A stretch of DNA of 63,010 nt, filler included, from Sluysia triapertura (taxonomy: Eukaryota), in assembly GCA_046118255.1 (NCBI GenBank). It is 5 parts of 5 records of this genome, joined end to end, with 100 filler letters (N's around TTAATTAATTAA, not from the genome) between each part and the next. Parts side by side here need not be neighbours in the genome. Positions count along the whole stretch, not along the records: positions 37,137 to 50,898 come from JBJNIA010021625.1; positions 50,999 to 63,010 come from JBJNIA010147831.1; 3 more parts are not named here. One strand, 5' to 3'. The position numbers were made by a program, and so were the translations under genes. Within the stretch, counting starts at the first letter, position 1. The number at the start of each line of letters is the position of its first letter. The notes under the pieces were generated by a model that saw only the letters and a list, made by a program, of their open reading frames with translations, made no database searches and was not told the DNA's origin. Below, in pieces: positions 41,063-52,372 of the stretch.

Positions 41063-44000
41063 TTTATTATTCAATATGTTATTCGATTGAGTTCAATCCA
41101 CGCGATTAATAATAAAAGTTTTAAATTCTTTATCAGATCATCCTTTATTCTATTCATTTCATCGTTTACTTCAGTTTTGCTGCAGTTTTATCTTCTTCAT
41201 TTATTACAATTTTATTAATTCCCATCAAAAGATAATTTCGTAAATTTAATACTGTATAACATTGACCAAAGGTCGAATTATTTGGATTTGATCGGAATAT
41301 TGATCGTCTTAAATATGAAATATCGATATCAGATATTTTGCCATGTTGAGGGAATATAGTTTGTAATCGAATGTTTTTCATTTAATAAAATATTCCCCAT
41401 TACCACATTTATCAAACAGTTCATGAATCATTTGTCATATCTTTCAGTTTGATTCAAGTAATGTTTTGCCTCGATTTTCTATTTTTTATGATACTGTATC
41501 AGTCTTATTTAATTTTTATTTAAGTCTTATTTAAGTAATTTTTTTGAAATTTTTCTTCAATTTACTTTGGTTAATCGTCAAAATTACGAACAATTTGAAA
41601 ATTCATTTGGATTATAATTTTAGTACGTAATTTTTTTATTGTCATAACCCTTTTCACCTTGACTTGAAAGTGACAATTTGATGCCACCTACTTGATTAAT
41701 GACTTTTCTATTTCTTCGTAATTTAAATTCATTATATGTAACGCATAGAATTCATAATTCAATTTGTTTCAATTCTTTTTCTTTTTGTTTCGTTTGTTCA
41801 CGTAAATAAAAACACAGTTCTTTGCTTAATAGTGTTTTAATTAATGGAATCAAACTTCGTATCCATTTTTAACTCTTTTGGTACGGATACATTTCGCAAG
41901 ACACAAAAAATCCGGTTTTCAAACAAATATTTAAGTGTTGAGTTTTCTTCCGAATGCTACGATTTTTTCTGTAAATTTATTTATTCATACAAATTGTTTA
42001 TAATTAATAATTCTGCGCTTACGATATGCGATTTAGACCTAAGGCGACGTATTCCTCAGTAACAGCACCAATAACTTTAAGATTATTCTCTGTAAACATC
42101 CTGGTTATACGTACATATATATAAACTTCCTACAGTAATATTTATTTTAAAGGATATCAGTGTCTTATTCATATAAAACTTTTGAGGGTTTTCTATTAAA
42201 TAATCTATCAAAGTAATTTATATTCTAATGCGTAATGGTAATGTTATCGTTTACTAAAACTTCATTTATTTCTTTAAATATTCGTTTAAATGAGTTCAGC
42301 TCGAGCATTGTGACTTACTTATTTAACCATATATAATTTCAAACAATTCTTTAATATCTTATACCTTTAATTAAATTCTAACTGTTTATCTTCTATTTCA
42401 ATTCTTGATAACAAACTTTCTTTGAAAAAACTATAATTCTGAACAATTCCTTAATATTTTCTTTTTGTTAATTATTAGTTAACTTAGAACTAAATATCAA
42501 CTTCTTTAAAAACTTTATAATTACTGAAAAATTTCTTATATTCTTTAATACTTCATCTTTCAAACATAATAACAATATACAAAAAATATGTTTTATTAAA
42601 AAGTAACTGTAATAAATAATGCTTAATGTTCAATTGATTGTATTGCTTTGCTTAAATGGGAATTTGTATATTTTAAGATAAACTTACGTTGAACACTAAT
42701 TTGGTCGCCAGAACTTTCATTGAATGTCATTTCTAACAATAACTTGACTAATTTAACATCTTTCAGATTGGTATTACTCAAGTTATGTGACAATCTTTCA
42801 TATTTCAGTACGAACTCTATTTTTTCATCATTAGAAAACAAAAATATTTATCCAAAATATGTTTCTGTTTCTTTTACACACAAGTATGTTTAAGGGAACA
42901 AACTGAATGATTTACATTGGATGCTATGCACAATATACATGAATAAACACTTTTTATGAATGATATTTATTGCTTCAGAAACATTTTCCGCTGTGAGATT
43001 CATTAACAAGGACATTTCTCAATTTTGAATATAACATAAATACATGGATTAACATTAGCCACAAACAGTGAAATTTCGACAACAATAAATTGAGATATGA
43101 TTTGAACAATAACCAAAAAATTAACCTTTTTAATTAGTTAAATAATCACCTTTTCAGATTATCGCAAAGTAAACTTAAATTTATATTAAACTTAAACATA
43201 TATTATGTTATAATTTTTGTAGTGCTTGGAGGCCATAATTATGACAATTAAATACACGATGGTGGTAATGAAAAGATTTTTGATAATCATTGCTTTTAAT
43301 TAATGTTTCTTATTATTTTTAGCTCTATTTGTAATTATTATTTGTACATATAAGCTACAAACATTGAAAATATTTTACTGTCTTATTTAATGAAATTTAT
43401 ATTTGAATGTAGTGATGGTTGTGATTAAATATTTATTTCAAGTGGACTCATTCTGTTAATTTGAACGTAAATTAAAATTCTTCAAAAATACTAATATTAT
43501 TAAATTTTGCTTTTTGTTATTATATTATATTTGCTATTATATTCTGCTTTACCTTATTTACAGACTTTTCAAAAGTTGTACTTGCTCGTTTATTTTAATT
43601 TGTATTACAATGTATTATTTATCATTGCAATTTTCGTATAGTGTTGAAAAATTTTAGAATACTTATTATTGTTGAATAATAATATTCAATATTATCGTTC
43701 AATATTTAATATTTTCTTATTCACGAATTATAAACTTTAATATTATTTTGTGATTCTAAATTTAGTTCATTATTGATTTTCACACTTTTCTTTTTCCTAA
43801 GTATTATAGTATGAAACGTTGTAATATTAACATAACATTATATCTTATAATACTGTAATATTGAACGTTATAACATTTCTGATTTTGTTATTCGAATATT
43901 GTAACACTATAACTTTATTATTTTTCTTAATATTTTTTATTTGTAAATAAACTGTTATTATAACACACAACTTCACTACTTTGCTAATCAGTTATTTTAT

Positions 44001-44465
44001 TCCATGCGTTGATATTAATTAGTCTTAAGACAATCTTCACGATAGTTAATTAATTTATATAGTTGAAAAATACTCTTGAAATACACGAAAACATAGTAAA
44101 TTACAAGTTTGTTATAATAAATTAAACATTTGCATTCATTGGATCATTTTAGATCTCATAAATTTCTAAAAAAACTAATCTCGCTAAATAGCGGATCTGA
44201 ATCATAATCATTCGAATATTCACTTTAATTAACTACAAAGGAGCTTGCAAAAATCTATGAAATGGGCCTTAAGTGTGTAATATCATAGAGGACTCAGAAT
44301 AAATGTTTAAAAGCTATTAATCAAAGTAAGCTAAATTAAATTCTCACACAATAAAATGAAATAAACTGTCTTAGTAATTTTATTGTTACTGGAAACGTTT
44401 AAGATAAAGGTAAATATCGAAAATTATGTGTTAAATGTTTAAGAATATTTTTGGAATTTATAAAT

Positions 44466-44534
44466 TATGGAGCAAAGTAATATCAAAAAGTAATATCAAA
44501 GTAATGTCAAGTAATATCAAAAGGTAATATCAAA
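44466..44534. repeat. Short tandem repeat of AAGTAATATCAA-like units
   Basis: Five imperfect 11-14 bp units. Confidence 0.75.
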
Positions 44535-45641
44535 TGAAAATAATGAAGAAAAATAAAATTAACAAATAAGATGAATTTGATCGTTCCATAACTATAAGTT
44601 AAGATAAAGCACTTGAGAAAATTCGAACATGTAATCAGAAATTAACTAGAACAAACATTAGAGAAATTGAAAACTAATGAATTTCATATAGTAATTTAGG
44701 ACGTAAGTCATATTATACAAGAAGAATATCGTATATGCTGTACGATAAACATAAAATTAAAAGAATTAAAGATTTGATACATTTTTATGATGAAATATGA
44801 ATCTTTGAATGACAAAAAACATTGTCGGTGTTTTTCGTTTGACTAATTTTATATTATTGACTCTGTATTATAATCTTTATATTATTAAACTTAACGTTTA
44901 ATAAATTGTTATATTGAATGCTTTATAATGTTATATTTTATGGCTTATCATATAGAATACATAAATTGAATGAAGATTTTTTCCGATAAGTTTAACTGAA
45001 TACATTACCTTTTTTATTTTATAATTGGAGTATTGAATTTAATATTGCTGTGGTTTTTTTAATGCTAAACCTACGGCAAAATAAAATTGAGTAGGGTCCG
45101 GTTACAGTAGGCGTCTTACAACTACTAGTTGGCACTTCTGTAACTTATAAGTCAATAATATTACTTGTCTTAGTAATAACTCTTATCCTAACAATTTCTG
45201 GAGGGTCTCAATTTATCAAAAATAACGAACACTAGTGAACTCGTATTAACAAAAGTTTCGTAAAATTATAATAAAAATATTTAATGAAATATTTAATTTA
45301 GTCAAGAAATTTAATTTTATAAGGTCTCCCTCATTACATCGATGGCAAAAATAAATAATGAAATATTTTACTGTTAGATTTTAAAGTTTTTTTTATCTCA
45401 GAGAAGATAAAAACTTCCTTATAAAAACAAATTACCGTGGACATGGATGACGAATAAAGTTTCGAGGTACCAAGTATATTATACAAAAATTCTTGAAAAT
45501 AAACAATAATTAAAATTGATAATGAATAATGTGTTATTGTTTAAATGGCTGACGATTGTAAAAATAACAATATAATTAAAATGCCTGAATAATTAAATGG
45601 CGATTTAATTATATACTAGTCATCAGCCAATGAAAATCGGT

Positions 45642-45671
45642 GGAATGTTCTAGAACATTCTAGAAGCTTCT
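45642..45671. promoter_or_regulatory. Perfect six-pentamer heat-shock element
   Basis: GGAATGTTCTAGAACATTCTAGAAGCTTCT is six alternating nGAAn/nTTCn units. A CCAAT box lies at about 45627. Confidence 0.6.
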
Positions 45672-48290
45672 ATTCTATTTATAGAAGCAAATTTTCTTTT
45701 TTAGAATTTCTAATTTCATTTTTGGATATTTGGAGACCTTAAAATATTTTTTAAATAATTAAAAAAAATTTTAATAATGTTTTATGTGATTTTGGAGGGT
45801 CGTAATGACAACCTAACAATATTTTTATAAAATAATTTAACATATTTATATAATATATTTAAAAACGTTTTAAAATATAAAACTCAACTGGATATTAAAA
45901 CAATATATTTCTATTATTGTAATCTCAAGTGTGACCAAATTAGTAATTAAACATTGTTAACTGAGGCATTAAAATTTTAACTTTAAACAATACAAAACAA
46001 TAAATCTATTAATACATTCAAATTTAATAATTTTAGTCATAAAATTAGTGCTGAAATATTATTTAATTGTGATAAAATTATTTCTATTTTTGAAGTATTA
46101 AAAATTGAACTTATGACCGCTTTTCGACCCAAATTAAAACTGTTTTTGCTTTATTAAATCTATGATATTAATTATCAATATATTAATATTATTTTAAAAA
46201 ATAATAATTTTACGGTCTAAGATAATATTATTATGAATAATAATAAAAGATAAATCTTAAGAAATATGAATTTTATTCAAGCTAAAATCATATTTAAGTC
46301 TGATAATATAAAAAGGAAATGAATTTCGTGATTCAGCTGAATTTTTTGCTTTAAAATTTCTTTGTAAATAAATACATAATTATGTATTTATAATTTGTAT
46401 ATAAATGTAAATTGCCAGTTACAGTTAAAAATTCATTTTTCAAATAATAACAATAACAATTAAAATCGACAATAAAATATGAAATTATTTAACAAAACTT
46501 TATGAATGGTTATTTTAAAGAAATTAATAAACATTGTTTAATGATTTGTTTTATTTTATTTATTTGCATTATTAATTTACTGTTCTGTATAAAAAATTAA
46601 AATAATCATAAATCATTTTCTGATTGGTTAATCCATCTAATTATGTCTTTATCAGTAGGGTGCGATTTATAACGATACTCAAAATAATTCTCAAGCTTCA
46701 GAAAGAATGTTAAAACATCGTTGTAATAGTTTAACTGTTAGAGAAATTTCAGAAAATTCTCTATAAAAATCATTATGTTGAAAGTTCAGCCAAAAAATAA
46801 TAAACTATGTCTTAAAAAGATTGGAATGTCTAACTCAGAAATAAAACATTTCAGATATAAAATCTCATATATAGAAAAAGATAAGAATGAAAAATCAGGA
46901 GACACTATAGGAAGGATAGTGTCAATGAACATTGAGTTTGATATTTTGATTAAAAATTATTAATAAAGAAATTTTACTAGGTATTTGTGATATTATAATG
47001 ATAAGTGGTGTAATGTTACATTTAAAATTTGTTACGGTGTATTTATTTGTGTTGAGGTTCATGTAGATGGTTTATGTGATGTGTAGGTAGGTGTGGGCTG
47101 GGCCACCACAGTTTGCATAATGGTTTGTTTGAGAATAAGAACGTTAAACATTTTTCATTAGAAAAAATGGTGTGAAAAGTCGAAAATCAATTAAATTCAT
47201 TATTTTTATGTATGTTAATAGTATTTCTGATTGTTATTTTAACGTGAGAAGTAATTTAAGTAAAAATAGATTTAGAGTAAAAGAAAATGATGGTTGATAA
47301 TAAATCAAATTTTTGTGCTTTGTAAATGTCAAAGTTAATGCCTGTTTTGATGATTTGTATGAGAGTGTTTGATTTGAGACTTGGGATTGATTGGATGATA
47401 GGAGAATATAAAATGAATAACTTAAAAATTTTAACACAACACAAATACAGAGCCACAATTCAAATTCTTACTGCTGTCGGTAATTTTGTTAATTTTATTT
47501 TAATTTTATTGATAAGGAAAACAATTTTAATTTAAGTTAATTTTGTAGGAAATTCTCTGCCCAATTTATTTTAAAACTCATCTTATAGTTTTTTTTGAAT
47601 GGAATTACTTGGAAAGAATATAAATATTATTATTTGTCAAATTTTAATTTTTGTTGCGTTAGCTCTGGCTTTCTTTTTGGACTGGTTATTTTATACTTAA
47701 CATAGTTATAAACGTTATTGTTAACTTACATTTAATTGTTATCATTTCTAGTTGACTCATTTATATTATTGTTAATGCGGAGATTTAACAATTGATTTTT
47801 TTGTAATTATTAAATTATTGAGTTGTTATTAATTTGTTTTAAAAACGTAATATATGCGTTGAATAAAAATCATTATTAAAATAAGAAAATTTGTACTTGA
47901 TCTAATAAATATTGACATTATTTGAGACTCTATTTAGGTAAATTAAATTGATATTTGTCTATTATTACTATTAATTTCAAAGACGTAACAATTCCAATCA
48001 AATAATATATGAAAAATTGATCTTCAATAACGACATTTATTCAATCTTTTCAAAAAATGAGAATGATTGGATGATGAGAAATTATAAAAAGGAATACTTA
48101 AAAATTTTACAACACAACAATATGTAACTAGACTTTAATGCTGATTTGAAGATCCATGTATTTTGATTTCAAGTAAATAGTTGTTTTTGGAAAACTTTTT
48201 CTTTAATTATTTACAGTTGTTCTAAACATTTTGTTTCTTGATTAATTGACGAGTAAAGTCGATTTGTAGTTAATAACTTTTATTTAAAAG

Positions 48291-48430
48291 TGTTGAGGTA
48301 CACAAACTAAAAAGTGTAACTTAGAATGATGATAGTATAACTGACTATAATAAAATTGTTAGACGGGATTGACAGCCTAGTGGTTTGAGCGGGTTCGAAT
48401 CCCGGTTAGTCAATTTATTGAAGTTTAATA
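48291..48430 (+). repeat. tRNA-carrying dispersed repeat, copy 2 (diverged, anticodon arm deleted)
   Basis: TGTTGAGGTA leader...AAATTGTTAGAC-GGGATTGACAGCCTAGTGG...GGGTTCGAATCCCGGTTAGTCA...GAAGTTTAATA. Confidence 0.65.
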
Positions 48431-50129
48431 GAAGAGATTAATTAGTGATTTGTAATTTTTTCTTTTCACTTATTTTGGAAGATATATTGAGGAGATTTCA
48501 CACTAATTTGCTTATTGAAATATGTTATTAATAATTTATTTAAAGAATTATTTTTGGGAAGTGTTTAATTTGAAAGAATAATTTGATTTTGTTGTTAACT
48601 TTTTGTTAATTATCATTTGATTTATTCAGAACTATTAATTTTTCAATGGGTATATACTAAATCTTTTGCTAGTTTTAATAATAACTGTAGTATTTTCTAT
48701 TAGATTGAATATATTTGCAGTTGTATCTTTTGATTTAAATTAAACATTGAAAAACGTAACATTTTCGTTTCAATAAATATTGCTAAAATAAGAAAAATGG
48801 TGATAAAATGCATCTGATTTTGTAATTATGAAATTCATTGAGATTATCTAAACTAAATTGATTTGTTATTGACTTATTGTCACCAATTGTTTATTCTTAT
48901 TGATCCAAATTATCAATCTTACTATGTTTACATTTAACTTATTCATAAATTATATGCTCACAAATTATTTATAAAATAGCAGCCATTGTGTATTTAGTCG
49001 CTAAAAGTTTTAATTCAAAAAAGCTGAAAATTTTTTCGATCAAATAAAGTTTTATTAATTTTATAGTTTTAAATTTATTAAAAATTTTGATTTCTTCGTA
49101 ATTTCATAAAATATTTCTACTACATATTTAATTTTTTTGTAGCAAATTATCACTATTAGTGGGTACTAATAGAATAGTTACAGAATGTTTGTATAGCATT
49201 AATAGATCAAATATTAAATTAGAAATGCAAAAGAAGAAGAAGAACATAAACGAATTTGAATTACGGAAAATCAATGAGGATGCTTTAATCAGATTATATC
49301 GGAAATGTCAAAAACAAGTACTATCGACTCAATGCCAACTGAACTTATGAAAAAATAATTCAAATTTCACTAACGTTATTCCAATTTTATTGAAAATTAT
49401 TAATAATTCATTATACATTCTAAAATTCCATTCACGTGAAAGAGTATCCGTTATAATACCTCATCTGAAACGTGGTGATCATTTGTTTTTGTTAAGATTT
49501 TATCTTATCTTATAAACAATTATGAATTTAATCGGGCTCGTCTGCGGTCTACGATTTGTAACGTGCAGTAGACGTAGCTACAGAATTTGACAAAAGCAAA
49601 GTTCTTTTAACAATACAGCAGTTTCTTTCTTAAGAATCAATACACCTTACGTTTATAAGCATCGTAGAATTTCTTGCAACATGTGCAACTCTGGATACTC
49701 TTAAAGATAAGATACTCTTAAGATAAGATACTCTTAACTTAAACTAAACGCTTTTATAATGCTTACACTGACGATTTTTATGCAACGTACGTAATTTCAA
49801 TTTAAGCAAAAAACTTTTATATATTTTAACTGAAGGTTTCTTACAATGTTCGTAATCTTAATTTTAACAGGATTAACTTATATAATCAATTTAAAAATGC
49901 TTACCAGTTATAATTATAACTTTAATTGAAAGATCTTGAACTATTCGTAACTTTAGTATTTTAACGATAAAAATAACAAAACCGAATTAATTAAATTTAT
50001 TAAGTATAAAAGTGTAACAATATTATGATACTAATAACAACAATATAAAACACAATTAAGATGTTAATAATAATGATATAACGTTTATACTTAAAGAATT
50101 AACTTGTTTATTGTTTTACATGATTTTGA

Positions 50130-50753
50130 AAGTAAGTTAATCCAGGTATAATACTTGGATTTAAAAAATTCAGATTTTAAGTAAGATTTTAATGCTACTT
50201 ATCGAAGCGATTAACCTTAATAAGAATTATCTTACTTTGTTTTTTAAAATTAATAAATTGAATATTTGTGATGATTTCTCGAGCAATTCCAATTATCGAA
50301 TAATTTGTAAAATCGAATATCTACCACTAATGCTCTACCACTAAGCTATAAGCCCCGTCTAACAATTTCAGATTTATTATATTCACTTTTACCAAACGGC
50401 ACTTTTAGGCCTTTTACCCCAACACATTGATAACTAGCAACATAGATTTTAACAACGGTTTATTGTACTCAAATTCATATAGAAAAGTGAAAAATTACAA
50501 TTAATAATTAATCAAGCAACAAGACTAATTGTGCAAGTGGGAAGAAGATCTCATGTAACACATTATCTTAAAGAATTGCATCGGTTGCCAATAAAAGCAA
50601 GAGTAGAATTCAAAATCATGACAATAATTTACAAATGCTTACATTATGGAAGTTCTGAATATCTCTTAGAAATAATAAACAATTGGAAACCAAGATGAAT
50701 ATATCATTGAGACATAATAATAATCTATACAGAATCCACAGTGATAATAAGAG
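50130..50753 (+). mobile_element. L2/CR1-group LINE ORF2 C-terminal fragment
   Basis: TLITSNIDFNNGLL, then KLQLIINQATRLIVQVGRRSHVTHYLKELHRLPIKARVEFKIMTIIYKCLHYGSSEYL, matching the HITP.L..LHWLP...RI.FK motif. Weaker remnants (NPGIIL, KNYLT) lie upstream. Confidence 0.8.
50321..50424 (-). repeat. tRNA-carrying dispersed repeat, copy 3 (truncated after the D-arm)
   Basis: Minus strand reads TGTTGGGGTAAAAGGCCTAAAAGTGCCGTTTGG...TGTTAGACGGGGCTTATAGCTTAGTGGTAGAGCA. Confidence 0.8.
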
Positions 50754-50898
50754 TGTTGGGGTATAAGGCCTAAAAGTGCCATTTGGGAAAATTGAATATG
50801 ATAAAAATGAAATTGTTAGATGGGACTGATAGCTCAGTGGTAGAGCAGTCGGACTGCGCAGACGATGGTCCCGGGTTCGATCCCCGGTCAGTCCATTT
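50754..50898 (+). repeat. tRNA-carrying dispersed repeat, copy 4 (runs into the gap)
   Basis: TGTTGGGGTATAAGGCCTAAAAGTGCCATTTGG leader followed by a full tRNA-like module. Confidence 0.85.
50823..50895 (+). tRNA. tRNA-like module (pseudo-tRNA)
   Basis: GGACTGA/TCAGTCC acceptor stem, GCTC-AGTGGTA-GAGC D-arm, CCGGG-TTCGATC-CCCGG T-arm. Anticodon arm irregular. Confidence 0.6.
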
Positions 50899-51180
50899 NN
50901 NNNNNNNNNNNNNNNNNNNNNNNNNNNNNNNNNNNNNNNNNNTTAATTAATTAANNNNNNNNNNNNNNNNNNNNNNNNNNNNNNNNNNNNNNNNNNNNAC
51001 GAATATATCGAGATTTTGAGTTTATTTAGTTATTGAGTTCTAATTTAATAATCTGGGAAAATAAAAGTAATAAAAAACATAAATGTATTGATGGAACATT
51101 AATTAATCATGCATTTTATTTTTAAATGATGATCCGGATAAAAGTTTAGTCCGTATGTGAGGTTCAGATAAAGGAGTTTT

Positions 51181-51220
<40 letters not shown>

Positions 51221-51288
51221 CATCAACTAAAAAATTATTTTTGCATCATTTTCACTTATGAGCATAAAAGATAATTGCTCATAATAAT

Positions 51289-52372
51289 TGTACAAAGTAC
51301 AAAATCAATTATAATTAACATAATCAATTGTAATTAACATATTATGTATGCATACAAAATCAATTGTGATTAACATATTATTTATTATTGATTTATTATT
51401 AATTTTTTAAGTTTATTTAATTTTGGAAATTATTATTGATTTATTATTGATTTTTGAAGTTTTGGAATTAATTTAATTTTTTAAAAATGTAAGTGTTATT
51501 TAATTTAATATTTTTAATATTTAAATTGTTTAAATTTAATATTTAAAAGTCAAGGTCGATCTAAAATAAGTGTAAAAGTCGCAAATTTTTTATATTATCA
51601 CACAAATTTTTACACAATAGACAAATATATAATTTATACGGATTTCACATGTTTTAACAAGTGTTTAGAATACAGTTGTACGCCGTTATATCTTACTTCA
51701 GATCAACTTTAATCAATCTTGGCTTTTAATGAATTATTTTGTAACCTTAGTTTATTTCATTTTAAGGTTCGATAGTAAAACAGTATCTTCGTAAAATACA
51801 TTTAGTACAATACTTTGAAACTTAACATTTTCTCGAAAAATCCATTTTTAAACTAAATTATTCAAAGATTTAATTAACTAAAAGTTAATTATTGAAAAAA
51901 TTTATAAATTTATTATTGACCATATTTTCTCATTGTATTTGATAAATATACCTTCACGAAAAAAGTCTTTATTATTATTGAATAGATATTAATTTTCATA
52001 GTTTTAAAATACGTAAATTTATCACTGCAAGTAAAGTTTTAGTCAAAGTATAATTTTGACAGCGTAAAATCATTTATCTCAAACACACATCCTTTTAATA
52101 TGATTTTTGTAAAATATATTTATAAACGACTTTTATTGTTATAATTAAAATTATAAACAATTTTCATGCTATAACTAAAATACCTACAGATCTAGATTTA
52201 ATTGTCCTTATAAAATTTAAAAACTAATTATATACACACAGACCTTGACTTTAGAACATTTGCAAACTTAAGCAAACATTAAGATATTTTCCTTAGTGAA
52301 AATCTTTTCAATTATAGAAAAAATTCAACGGCTAACCCTAACTGGTAAACCTAGTACGTTGGTGGACCTACG
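51289..52372 (+). mobile_element. Gypsy-type LTR remnant with PBS (copy C)
   Basis: TCAACGGCTAACCCTAACTGGTAAACCTAGTACGT-TGGTGGACCTACG (52325-52372) closely matches copy A. TCAAGGTCG at about 51550. The 5' start is approximate. Confidence 0.55.
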
